Source: Vicugna vicugna (taxonomy: Eukaryota). Taken from it: a stretch of DNA of 64,000 nt. The notes below the pieces were generated by a model. That model saw nothing but the letters and a program-made list of their open reading frames with translations. It was not told the DNA's origin and searched no databases. The position numbers and the translations under genes are program-made. The DNA lies in assembly GCA_013265495.1 (NCBI GenBank), contig MU058198.1, positions 4,789,779-4,853,778 of the forward strand, read 5' to 3'. This document shows positions 38,900 through 51,159 of the stretch, in pieces. Position 1 is the first letter of the stretch; every line of letters begins with the position of its first letter.

Positions 38900-40620
38900 T
38901 CCCACTTGCTTCTTCCATAGTTATGCAGAATGTGTCTTGTTGTTCTAGAATGCAATGGCTTTGCAGATATTTCCCATCATCTGTATTATCTCATTCTAGT
39001 ATTCCTCGCTCCAGTTTAGGTAGTCTAAATCCTTCAGTTGACATTTTTTAGGCCTTTGACCACTCTGTTCCATTCTGGAGCACCTCAAGTTTGTCAACAT
39101 TCTTCCTCAAAAGACATGTTGAGAAATGAGTACAGTATTCCATCTGTTGTCTGAAAAGGCTATTAGAAAGCTCATCTTCTCTGTTCTTTATGCTCTACCT
39201 CCTTTAATATAACCTGACACTGAATTAGTTTTTTTTTAAATTATGTACATCACAACATCAACTAAAATTGAGTCCTGTGGTCAACTAAGGCTCCCAATAG
39301 ACTTTTCTATTGGTCCTGATTTTAACCAGATATCTTTTATAGTTGCATTTTTAGGGGGTCTAGACATTTTCCTAAAGTTTGATTCTGTCACCCAGCATGC
39401 TGGATAATGAAACCAGCTTGGTGTGAAATAACACAGTTAATAAACAAAATTAATAAACTACATGTATGAGTTAGGACTGGGTTCAGCTGCATATTAGAAA
39501 CATCCCAAATAACAGTGACTTAAAGTAAGACAGAAGTTTATTTTTCTCTTCAACGTAAAAAACATTCCAGAGTTGAGCTTGTTCTAATGTAGTCTGTAAA
39601 TTCTCCATGGCCATCAGGGACTCAGGATCCTTCTAACAGGTGTTTCTCCATCTTTAATATGCTGCCTCAGGGTTCAGGATAGCTGCTGGGATTCCAGCCA
39701 TTGCACTCATATTCTAAGTGGGAGGAATAGAGAAGAGAAAAGGGCATGTTTCTTCCTTTTATAGGTGTTTTCCTGGAAATCTTGAAAAACGCTTTTCATT
39801 GTCTAGGACATAATCACATGATCATACCTAGTTAACAAGAGAGGCTGGAAAATATAGTCTTTTGGCTAGAGACTATGTACCCAGATAAAAATAAGGGTCC
39901 TGTACTAAGGATGGAAGAAGGAATAAATGGTGAGCTGGGCAGCTGGCAGTGTTAGCCACAGATATGTTCGTGATAACATTTTGAATAAGATCAAGCATTA
40001 GGTCATGTGTTGGACAACTTGAGACTTTCCTGAGTATGACTCTAGTAGGTAACTGCTTCATCAGCATTTCTGAAATGGTTGTTCTTAGACCGTATCCAAT
40101 TTGCTGGAGATGCTTATTAAAGATGCAGAATCCTGGGCCATGTCCTATATTTTCATACACATTAAATATTTTATTACTCTCTTAAAAATCAATTTTATTG
40201 AAGTATAGTTTCCATTCAATAAAATTCACAAAATTTAAGTGTTAAATTGATGAGTTTTGATGAATATATACAGTCATGTTTACCATCAAGGTATGGAACA
40301 TTTCTATCACCCCAGCAGTTCTTTTGTTCCCCTTTGCCGTCCCCTCCCAAGAAATGTACTTTGTTGGTTTATTTTTGCCTTTTCTAGAATTTTATATAAC
40401 ATGAATATATGGTCCGTAGTCATTTGTATGTCATCAAAATTTGAGATACACTAATCTACATGATTTCAGTAAAAATAAGCTCTAACTTAACTGTTGTTTC
40501 ATTTGGCTCTAATTTCCTAGTCTGGTCTCTATAGTATCATGGGACGATTTGTCAGATGTTATATTTGACAGATACTGAAACATAAGTGTCCACTGCATAC
40601 AGCCTTTTTACCCTTTATTT
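38900..40620 (-). mobile_element. Fragmented L3/CR1 LINE interrupted by MLT1J, MER5A and L1 pieces
   Basis: caagtttgtcaacattcttcc...tacagtattccatctg...tgtggtcaactaag; tatcatgggacgatttgtcagatg. Confidence 0.6.
39463..39960 (-). mobile_element. MaLR LTR MLT1J, near full length
   Basis: tgtatgagttaggactgggttcagctgcat...gaggctggaaaatatagtctttt...ctggcagtgttagccaca. Confidence 0.85.
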
Positions 40621-41270
40621 TTATCTCGTCAAGTCATCATCTGGATCTTAGCAGAGATTTCGCTCCCACTGGAAAGCCTTCTTCACTCCTCTTGTCATAC
40701 ATCGGGTGCTTGTTGTACGTGCTGCACTGCTCCGTGGACTTGCCTGTTGATTCTAAGCTTACTGTTCATCTGCTCCATTAGACTGTGAGCTTCTTAAGGG
40801 CAGTGACTTTCAGTGCCTCCGGCAATATCTGGTTTGGTGACAGTACTTGAAAAATATTTTCAAGTGATTGATTAAACACAAAATGGTGTTATAAGTGCTG
40901 TAATTTGATGTAAAAGTGCTACAGGTCAGCAAAGGATATGGCTGTGGAGATTCAGAGAGTGACCTGTAGAGGTTGTCATCTGGACCTTGAAGGAAATTTA
41001 CCAGGCAAAGAATGGGATTCGAGCATCCTGAATACAGCAACCAGTGTGCACAGAAAGCATGGAGACACATGAGTGGACTGGAGGTATTTTGAGAGGGAGG
41101 AAGAGTTGCAAGTGATCAGCATATAAGGTGTGCAGCGAGCAAGGAGGGGAAAAGATGTGAGCCAAACAGAAGTTGATGTTAACCATCCCAATGAATCACA
41201 AAGAAGTGAGAGAAACTTATATTTGATGTGGGAAAAAGCCCTCAGCATTATTTTTTAATATCCCTCTTTT

Positions 41271-41369
41271 TTTTTTAAATTTTTAACATTTTTTATTGAT
41301 TTATAATCATTTTACAATGTTGTGTCAAATTCCAGTGTTCAGCACAATTTTTCAGTCATTCAAGGACAT
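41271..41369 (-). mobile_element. Young L1 3' end (~100 bp)
   Basis: Near-identical to the 3' end of the element at 55671; TSD atatccctctttt (41258-41270) / atatcccctctttt (41370-41383). Confidence 0.92.
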
Positions 41370-43314
41370 ATATCCCCTCTTTTCATTGGTTTCTGGCCAG
41401 TTAGAGGCTGTGGACACGACAGTCAGAGATAGATAGTCGTCAGTGCTAGCTCAGAAGGTAGAGCCGTGGCTCATTTGCAGCACCAGGCTTGCGGACAGCA
41501 CCCATTGCAGCCCTGAGCTTTTGTTGCCTTCGACAGGCCAGCAAGATATTTGGTTTGTCTCCATGCAGGACACTTGGCAGGATGGGAGGCTCGACCTGTA
41601 TAGTGGCAGAGCATTTATACTTCAGAATCAAAAAGGAACACTGGCCCAGGGGTAGTGCATTTCCCCATCGAATCCTCCCAACTCTTCTCAGGTAGATGTC
41701 ACTTTTGATTCTCTTTAACAGAGTAGGGAACTGAGGCACAGAGAGAAGAGATGTGGGGTAGATTCAGGATTCAAGCTTGGGTCTTCCTGATACCAGTATC
41801 TTTGCTTTTAGCCCCTACACTTGTCTTCCAGTGGGCACCAAAAGACTCGTGGAAGTCTCCAACTTCCTTCAGATGCCGAAGCGTGGATTTTCTTAATGGA
41901 GAACCAGCATTGTAGGTGATTCATAGTTGGAATCTTACCTGAGCCAGCTCAGTAGTACCAGCAGTGGTGGGAAGAAAGAGGGCTTTCCCTAGCTCTCTCC
42001 CTCCTGAGTTTGAAAGGGTGCTCTCAGATAAACGTGTCAGCTGGCAAGCAGGTGTGTGCATCTTAATGTTCCAGCAATTGCACCTGTGAAAGGGAAGTTT
42101 GTGGCATTCAGGAATTAGCTTTCTGTCTCTCATGCCAGTAGGAGTCTTTGAAGCTCGGGTGGAAAAAAAAAAACCCTCAGCTACTTTCTCAGTAATTTCA
42201 TTTATAATTATCCTTCTTCCTTAATGGTTGTCTGGGATCTGGTCAGTGGGAGGCCCAGCTCCAAGTTTGTGGGAGAGATGCATTGAGCTCTCCCCAGAGA
42301 ACTCCTGGCTGTGCTTGGATGGGCATGCTCACATATGGCATAAGCGTTCCTTTCTTAATGGTTGCATGCCACTCCTCCTCGCCTTAAAATGAGCCCATAC
42401 TGTGCCCCATTAGCTGAAATTGACATGATGGTTATTTTTAATGCCATTTCTTTAAAGAACTCAGTCTCACTGTGCATTGCTAGCTTTCCCCCCTTGCTAA
42501 GTGGAATGAAGAACCCCTGGGAAAATGTGGCAGCTTTTCAGAAGCTACAGAGCCCTGTTCCTACCTTCCCACCCTTACATCTACAACTCAGAGAACATCA
42601 CACATTATGCAAACATTAAAGATTCCTCTTCCAGCGCAAGATCCTCTGGAAATCTCAGAATCAAAAAACTCCATGATAAAAATGCATGAAGCAATATCCT
42701 TATTGGTAAACTTACATATCCAGCTGAGATACTGCACATGATAATGCAATTTTCTATGCAAAAAAGGGTTTATCTCCATCCAAATATTATTCCACATCAT
42801 TATTCATTCTGGGGAAGTGATTGCTGTCCTAGGTTAACTGATTGAACTTTTGGAACCAAAGCTTTAAGCTTATCTTACTGGCTATTGCCTGACTTTTCAT
42901 AAATTGCCATTAGATTGGTACGAATGAATAAACGTACAGTCCGTTAGGAAATATTAAAGTTTTTATACGGCGGTAGAATAAAAACAGAATTAAAGGGGGG
43001 GTTTCTAAGGTTCAGTACAGCATGAAATTGAAATCTTTTTGGCATATGAAATGTACAGTGTGAATAGCCTTTCCCTTTTCTGGGGAGGGGGGATTATAGA
43101 GAGTGGAGAAAGCACTGCAGAGTTCACCTGTAGATGCCAACACAGGAGAAGCAGGGAAAACCCATCTTGGTGTTTCCCAAGTCTGTGTCCAGTAATTATC
43201 GGATTCTTAAATGAGAATGACAGCAACAACAATGGTAATCACAACAATAAAACATTGCTTAGGCTTAAGTATGTCAGGCGCTGTCTTGTAGGCTTGCCTG
43301 TCTATAAGCAGGTT

Positions 43315-43683
43315 TTTAGAATGGTTAAGAAGCTGGAGCAAGACCGCTCTGGTTTCAAATTCATATTCTGCCTCTTACTTAATGAAGTGTGAGTCTCAGC
43401 AAGCTCCTGTTCTCTCTGTGCCTCCGTTTCCCATTTTTTTTTTCAGCTTTGAAAAACTTTTTTTTACATTTTTATTGATTCATAATCATTTTACAGTGTT
43501 GTGTCAAATTCCAGTGTTCAGTACAATATTTCAGTCATACATGGACATATACACACTCATTGTCACATTCCGTTTCCCATTTTTAAAAGGAATAATAACA
43601 GCTTTGCTTCTTGTGACGTTAAGAGAATTAAGTTATGCGAGATGGGTCCAGAAACACAAGACGTTCTCAATAAATGTGGACAG

Positions 43684-43700
<17 letters not shown>
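43315..43700 (+). mobile_element. MIR split by a young L1, followed by (TTA)n to ~43740
   Basis: atggttaagaagctggagcaagac...ctctctgtgcctccgtttccc | ...aaaggaataataacag...ctcaataaatg. Confidence 0.85.
43439..43568 (-). mobile_element. Young L1 3' end with split tail
   Basis: Perfect 16-bp TSD tccgtttcccattttt (43423-43438 / 43569-43584). Confidence 0.93.
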
Positions 43701-43718
<18 letters not shown>

Positions 43719-43879
43719 CATTATTACTATTATTAGTAATAGTATAATGTTTTGGTGGCTCTTCAAAAAACTCAGTGGGGTGGATATTATTAGTCTTAGT
43801 TCCACTTTCCATATGTTGAAATTAAGGTTAATAATATAGAAACTGATTATTGTCTGAAGAAGCAGAGAGAATAAACACA

Positions 43880-44433
43880 TACTATCCTGGGTTGCTGTTG
43901 TGGTGTAACTAACACAAAATTTTGTCCCATGCGACAAGAGATATTTTATTAGTTTCATGGGTTCTGTGGGGAAGAAATAGTAGAGGGCCCTGCAAGGTTG
44001 GTTTGTCTCTGCTCCATTGCACCTGGCGCCTCAGCTGTGAGAACCCAGATGGCTTGGTGCCGAATGCTCTGGAGGCGTCTGACTTCATCTGTCTTGGGCC
44101 TGGGCTGGGATGTCACCAAGGCTGGGTTCAGCTGGGCTGGTTGGGTAGAATGCCTCCATGTGGCCCCTCCCTGTGGCTTGGGCTTCCTCACAGCATGGTG
44201 ACCTCAGGGTGGTCAGACTTCTCACACCACAGCTCAGGGCTCCCAGAGGGAGCGTTCTGGTGGTAAAGGTAGAAAACCTCATGGTCTTGAGTGAGCAAGC
44301 CTTGGAAGTCACATGGCGTCACTCCATGCTCTAGTGGGTCAAAGGTGATGAGTCCCAGGGAAAGGGACAGAGATTTCCATTTTCCACCGGAGAAGTGCCA
44401 GAGACTTTGTAGCAGTGTGCTTTAGCCACTGCA
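43880..44433 (-). mobile_element. MaLR LTR MLT1H-like
   Basis: tgtggcttgggcttcctcacagcatggtgacctcaggg...gccttggaagtcacatggcgtcac...ccactgca. Confidence 0.85.
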
Positions 44434-47400
44434 TGCTGTTGTGACATGATGTGACCTTTGCATCTGGATGTGGAGCGCTCTTACTTGCTCCAGCTCGTGT
44501 GATGTGTGCAGCTCTTGGAAAGCTCAGAGCTCAGAGCACTGCTTGAGGAACTTCTCGGTACTTGTGAGCCCAGTCCTGAGTGATGTTGCCATCTTGCAGG
44601 CTCTTTGCACTCACATGTTTGCAGTTTCTCCCCTGTGAAAATTCAACCACTCACCTGCCGTGCATGCACATGCATGCATGTGTGTGCTTGTGTGCGTGTG
44701 TGTAGTGCCGGCACATGCAGTCCCAGCCTCTTCGTCTCCGTCCTTCCATCCCATTCACTTCACTCTTCTTTCCTCCTTCTCCCTTCTTATTTTTTCTTTC
44801 CAGTGGATTCAATTAGTTATCTTTGCTGCCTTGGCAATAAAACGGTTCCCTCCACAGCATTCAAATGAGACTCTTTCATTGCTTCATTTAGTTTGTTGTT
44901 ATGTTTGAAAACTTGAGGGCAGGGCCAGCAGGAGGAAAGGAATGTTAATTTGCGGGGAGTCCCTGTTGCGTGGTGGGAGCACTGCTGACAAGGAGCCCAG
45001 GGACTGCCACTTGATGTACTCACGGACACATGAAGAATAGGTGAAGGACGCTCAGAACTGCACCCTCCGCCGGCCCCTGTGTCTGCACATGTGGAGACCC
45101 GTGACCTTACGAGAGGGTGTTGTGTGGGTCCTGCCCAAAGCCTGGCTTTGAAATGGCTCATTGCCATCCTTCCTTTGTCCACTTTGGAAGAGAGATTTCC
45201 CCTGAGAGTGTGTGCAGATGCGGATGGATGCCCGTGTGCTCACATGTGTCTGTGCCAGGCTTCGTTCCTTTTTCTTCCATCCGCTCCAGTTACGGAAATG
45301 CTGTTTCCTCGTAACCATCACTGGGAAGGTGCAGTCGGTGGCAGAGATCGAGTGGAGAGTCCTTATAATTTGGCTCCCAGAATGTCAGAGAACGTTGCAC
45401 AAAGCAAGGAATGAGGCTCTGTGAGTGCTGGAGCGAACTGATTAAGTAGGATTGACACAGACGTGATTACAAAGCACTCAGCGTTTTTGTTAGTGATCTG
45501 TGTTTAGAGTCCCCTTTCGGGAGTTTGAAAAGTCATCAGTTAGCTGAAGAGTGCGCACAGACGTGAATTTCATCCCTGCCTCGCTCTGTGCTAAACAGGA
45601 ATTGTATTTGTTACTAGATTGAGGAGCATCTTAGTGGGGGAAAAGAAAATGGAGTGATGGAGGGTAAGCAGGACTAGATTTAAATCTAATTGCCTTTCAT
45701 GTTCTCCACTGCTGCTTGGCTTACGCACAGTGCTAGCGTTTGTGGGAAATGAGGATTAGACCGGCTTGCTGGAAGGTAAGCGTGAGAAAAGATGCATCTG
45801 CTGCTGTTGGTAGTGATCTCAGGCTACGATGGATGAAAGGAAGTCCCTAAGTTGTTAGGCATTCAATTGTTAAAAAAAAATGCCTTTCCTGCTGTCTTTC
45901 TGTGACTTGTAAGTTTTAAATCTGCTCTACTGCTTCCATTTTCTTTTATTTTCTTTCTTTATCCTAAGATGAAATCTGGGACTGTTTAGAAGTTTCCAAA
46001 CCAGGGGATGATTCAGACCAGCTTTGGAAATACAGGTGGTGACTGGAGCAGGCAGGGCTTTCCCAGTTCCTTTTACTCCATGAATAAATATGTACAAGAA
46101 GAAGACTTTCTTGAAAGACTCTGAGGGTCATTGTCACTAATTATACTAACTAATTATCAAATCAAGGCATTGGGCTCCTTTCCAGCATTGCGCAGTGCTC
46201 TCTCGATATATTTCACATTTGCAAATGGACAGCCGAATGGGCCAATTGAAAACTATTATTAATAACCTGGAGACATAAAATAGAGATGCTTTGGGGGTGT
46301 GCAGATATGTGTACTTGGACAAGACAGGCCGTTCTGCACATGAAAAATGAGATCTCAGAGCCATGCAAGACTGAGAGAAAAGTTGAGTAATTAATCACGT
46401 TGGTTATAATGAGGAGAGGAAATCAACGCGATAAAAGGATGTGTCTGAATGGATTATAGGCACATTTAAAAAGAGGGGGAAAAAAAGCAACAAAGGGCAT
46501 TACTGGCTTGGGAATTGGGCTCTTTAAAAATCTTCTATCATTCTCACAATCAATTCTGCATTTCCTCAATAGCCACGTGAAACACGGCTCTCTCTCCGTT
46601 GTCTTAGATTAACCACTAACTGCACACCATACATTAAATGAAGTATCGAGTATTTGTCTTCCAAAAATACACTTGAATGCTGTTTATTTCCCCAATAGGT
46701 CTGCTATGATGCATGTAGGTGCCATATTGCTAAATACACACTGAACTTTAGTATCTGCACCGGCTCCTCTCCAACTGCCTTCCTTCGGAAGCAGCTGTGT
46801 GGGGGCCTCACAATTACAGATAGAGTTTTTCTCATAAACCGTTTAATTGTTTGCTTCTGGAAACAATTAGACTGACGGCATTATAGAGCGAGTGTCGTAC
46901 TGCAGCCGGCAATCCTCTTTATGAGTTTTCTTAGCGAAGTGCCGTGTTGACATATGCTGGGCCCACAAAGAAGATGCACTTCCATGGGGGTCTGACCTCC
47001 AAAGAAACCGGGCTCCGTGGAAATTTCCCCGGGGAAAAATGGCCCTCTCCGGGAGGAAGTCAGCCTGGAGGCGAGCGCTGTCCTGGCATGAGGTGCTCCT
47101 GATCAGACTGGCACTGGGTGTGGACGCCCTTCCCCCTCTGCTGCAGTTGGGGGGGACCCCGAGCCTTTCTCCAAAGCTGAGTGAATAGCACGGTGTGTGA
47201 TGCATCGCTCGTGACATTTGCCAGCCCGACAGGCTTTCGTAGAGCTGGGGGCTTGCCAGATGCCAGCAAGGCAAGTGCGTTGGGAAGGAGTCAAGGGCCA
47301 GGTGTCGCGATATTAGTGGTCAGAGGGCCGCCTGGCCGCACGGCTGCCCCGTGGTGCCGCCTTGCGGTTGAAGTGTGTCGTTTGTGGCTGACTGTGTTCT

Positions 47401-48217
47401 GCGCTTTTTGTGCGCCATGATCTAACTTAATCCTCACAAGCGCTTCGTGACTTTGTGTTGTGATTATTATTTCTGTCTGACAGATGAGGAAACTGAAGCT
47501 TAGAGGGTTAAGTGGTTTTTTTCCCCCAGAGCACTTAGTGATGACAAGTGACAAGTCCTGGTCTCCGACGCAGCCCTGTCTGGGTATAAACCCCTGGTTC
47601 TTAACAGCTATAGCTTGTGGCTTCCTAGAGGAAATCTTAGCAAGGACAAGAGATTTCTTATTCCCAGTGTTGCTTTGTGTTTTGTTTTGTTTTGCCACAA
47701 AGGCCAATAAAAGCACCAAAGAAGTGGGTTCTACTCGTTCTTTTAATTGATTATTTCCTCTCTTAGAATCCGTTTATTCATTTTTTCCATATTTTTTCAG
47801 CAGCTACAGTGTTCCCGACACAATGGTAGGCATAAATCTATAGCCATGTCTTCATGAAGCTTTCTAATGGAGGTAGATGGGAGGCATAAAATACACAGGT
47901 AAACAAAATTATAGATGAAGCAATTTTAGACAGTGAGAATTACTAGCAAGCACAACAATGTAGTAATTATAGAGTTGGTTGTGGTTCTTATGATTGGGAT
48001 GGTTGAGAAAGGAACCATCATATCAAATGAGGTTTCATCTGAAAACCTGAATCATGAGAAGGAGCTAGTGTTGGAAAGAGCTGGGCAAAGAACAAGTTCA
48101 AATTCCTTGTAAAGGAAGGAACTTGGTGTGTTTGAGGAACTTGTAAATGAAGCCAGAGGGTCTGGATTAATCCTTGTCAGCTGTTCCTAAGGTCCTGGTG
48201 AGGAACCTCCAATTACC

Positions 48218-48330
48218 CCATCCTTCCATCCATCCATCCACCCATCCATCCATCCATCCATCCATTCATATATCCGTTTATCCATTCAGAAACTATCCAT
48301 CTACCCATCCACCCACCCATCCATCCATCC
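48218..48330. repeat. (CCAT)n microsatellite, imperfect
   Basis: Directly visible. Confidence 0.92.
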
Positions 48331-48729
48331 AGCTGATATTCACGTAAGCTTACTTTGCAGTGAGCTCCATTGTGAGCATTGGAGCCACAGAGATGATTAA
48401 AGTAGAATTCCTACCTTTCAGAAGTTCACATACTGTCAAGAGAGATGGAAATTAATATAGATAATGGAAAAAGTGGGTTCACCATGTGATGTTCACAGGG
48501 CCCTAGAGGGACAGTGATGAACTCTCCTGGAAGAATCAGGGAAGGCTTCCCTGAGGAGGTGACATTTGTGCTTTGGAGGAGAAGGAGTTTTTCCGAGTAG
48601 AAAAGGAGTAGGAGGAAACAGCTTGTGCAAAGACGCAGAGTGGGTAGACCGAGGCACGCCTGGAGGGGGCCTAAGAGTGAATGGAGCGAGTCAGGCAGTT
48701 CAAGGAGGTGAAGACACCTTTGTATTTTA

Positions 48730-49235
48730 GATCAGAGATCGTAAAACCGAAGTCACAGGTTACAGTTGGCTTGCAGCTGTGCTTTGTTTATCCTGGATGG
48801 AGTGAAAATAAACCCACTTCCCAGTTTTTAATGAGGAGATCTCAAACACAGAAATGCCCATTTCTAACTTCTCTTGGAAAAATTGGAACGTTCAGGAACT
48901 CTGGGCCCACCTGGGGCTGGCCGTCCTGTCAAGGCAGCCGTCTTCAGCAGGGGCACGTGTCCCCTGGTTTGCCCCCGTCCTGCCCTCCCCAACTGCCTCC
49001 CTGATAGCGAAGTTGAGTATCAGTTTTCTTTTACCTTCACACTTGCACTGTCGTTTGAGAAGAAAGAGGAAAGTAAAATATTTCCTTTCCTGATGTCTCC
49101 GTTATAAGAAGAAAAACAAAAGCTAGACTGAGAAGGTCTGTCTCTTTCAAGAAAAGCGAGAGAGAAAACATACTTCTTTGTGAGAGTGAGGAATATTCCT
49201 TCATCTTTAATAGCAAACAAGGTATGTCAGTGTGG
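48730..49235 (+). mobile_element. Charlie8/MER102-type hAT transposon 5' part with decayed transposase start
   Basis: 49093-49232 reads across a stop and frameshifts as KQKLD*EG..FQEKRER..TYFFVRVRNIPSSLI..KQGMSV, resembling the Charlie8-derived segment of GTF2IRD2 as remembered. Confidence 0.75.
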
Positions 49236-49259
49236 GAAGGATACAGCTCTCGGTAGCAT

Positions 49260-49264
<5 letters not shown>

Positions 49265-49293
<29 letters not shown>
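49265..49293. repeat. (AC)n microsatellite
   Basis: Directly visible. Confidence 0.97.
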
Positions 49294-49296
<3 letters not shown>

Positions 49297-50177
49297 CTGT
49301 TTCTTTCCTTTATGTTACCTGTTTGCCCCTGAAAGACATTTGAATCTATAACCCTTGCTGCAGGAATTGAAGCATCTTGAATAATTTTAAGCAGAGTTGT
49401 GACATTGGTATGGTTGGAACAGTGATTTAGTAAAATCACTCTGATTCTGGAGGGAGGGTTGTGGATGATGATGATGGTTTTGCAGTTGGAGGGGAGGGTG
49501 CTGGACAGATCTCCAAGTGGAACGGCTGGTACAATTCTCCAGTGGAGGAAAGATGTGAGTGTGAATGAAAATAAGACAGCGACAGGAGGAGCTGAGAGCA
49601 AGGGTGGGGTTAGAGATTGAGACAGAACATGCAAGTGATGGATTGCACGACAGCCATGTGTACCCTTCCTCCTCCTCCTCTCATTTCACCCCAGAGAAGA
49701 ACCCAGGTCTTCACATTCGATATTGACCACAGACCTTTCTGTGGCAGCCTCTTGAAATCTACGCTGTATCCTTGTAGTGAAATTGCTTTGTTGATAAAAA
49801 TGATCCTTTGTGAAACAGATGTCACTGGTGCTGGTGCTGGAAGATGAGGAAAGATAAAGAATTACAGTGGAGTTGAAAACACCTTTAAAAAAAAAAGACC
49901 TAAGAGCATAGCACAGCAAAGGAGCAAAACTGCTTTGAAGTTACATATCTGTCCTGCTCCGGATGGTGAAAACCTGTGAAACCTCAGGCTTCATTAAAAG
50001 AACTAGAACAAGATTTGTTATAGTAGCTCCTTCAACTCTTATCCTGTATGTCTTATCTATTTAGTAAGATCAAGAATTGTATTAAAAAGGGCATGTACCT
50101 AGCCATGTGTTTCCTATATTAGTTTAATAACTCCTTACCTGTGTTTCTAGTTTAACAAAACCAGTTTCCCATACATT

Positions 50178-50312
50178 CAGGATTGCCATGTAAGGTTGAA
50201 CAGGTTGTGCACTGCACAAGTCTGGGAGGATGCACCACATAGATCCCAGTGTGAATGACGCTCTCTGGATTTATGCCCTGCTCAACCTGCACAGCTGTAC
50301 TAAGTGGCCTTG
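50178..50312. mobile_element. MER91-like hAT-Tip100 MITE
   Basis: caggttgtgcactgcacaa ... tgctcaacctgcacagctgtac: palindromic subterminal arms. Confidence 0.7.
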
Positions 50313-50544
50313 TTAGATTCAGTTCATTCCAGAACCACATTATTTTGACTGCTGTGGCTTTGTAGTATGTTCAAAACCAGGAAGTGCGAGTCCTCCAACT
50401 TTATTCTCGTGTAACTTTTTAAAACGTGGGTTCAGATCTCAAATGCTTAAAAGCATGTGACCTTGGGCAAGTTGTTTAACTACCTTGAGCCTTATGTTCT
50501 TTCTCTTTAACCTACCTTTTTGACAGTTATGATACCTACCTTCA

Positions 50545-50770
50545 TTCTAGGCTCTGGGGCCAGACTGCCTGGGTTTGAACCTTTCTTTCTGCCACCTCCT
50601 GGTTGAGGGACTTTAACAAAATTTACTTAAAGTCTCAGTGCCTTCATTTTATCATCCATAAAATGGGACAATAAAAGCACATACATCAGTTGTTGAAGAT
50701 TAAATGAGTTAATATATGTAAAGTGCTTAGAACAGAGCAAGGCACCTAACAGATGGTCAATTAAGGCCAG
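50545..50770 (+). mobile_element. MIR SINE
   Basis: ggctctggggccagactgcctgggtttgaa...gattaaatgagttaatatatgtaaagtgcttagaacag. Confidence 0.92.
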
Positions 50771-51159
50771 CTCTTACTAAGGCAAGCGTGTGGTGCAACG
50801 TTTGGCATAGAATCATAGTTCCGTAAAGCTTATTATTTTAACTCAGAGAGCAAATTATTGCTTGTTTTGTGAGTTTAAGACACTATGTCCTTCCCAGAAC
50901 TTGTTCTCTGCTCTGTGGGGCCTGGGGAAGATCCCCGGGCCTGACATAAAGTACATGTTCTGTCAGTTGGATGACTGCTATGTGCTTCATAAACATTGCC
51001 AGTTGGGCTTTGAAAAGACTAGAACAAGGAAATCCCAGTTCAAGCAATTGAAGCGGGAGAGCATATGGTTTTCCTTTGCTAGAAGAATGGTGGTAGAGTC
51101 TTACTCTATAAAAAGAAATTTATCTTTATACTTTAAAATTTTATTTTTCAAAAAATTAT

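Noticed and set aside
43382..43958. Poly-Ile/Leu 'transmembrane' ORFs
   Set aside because: Translation of a (TTA)n microsatellite
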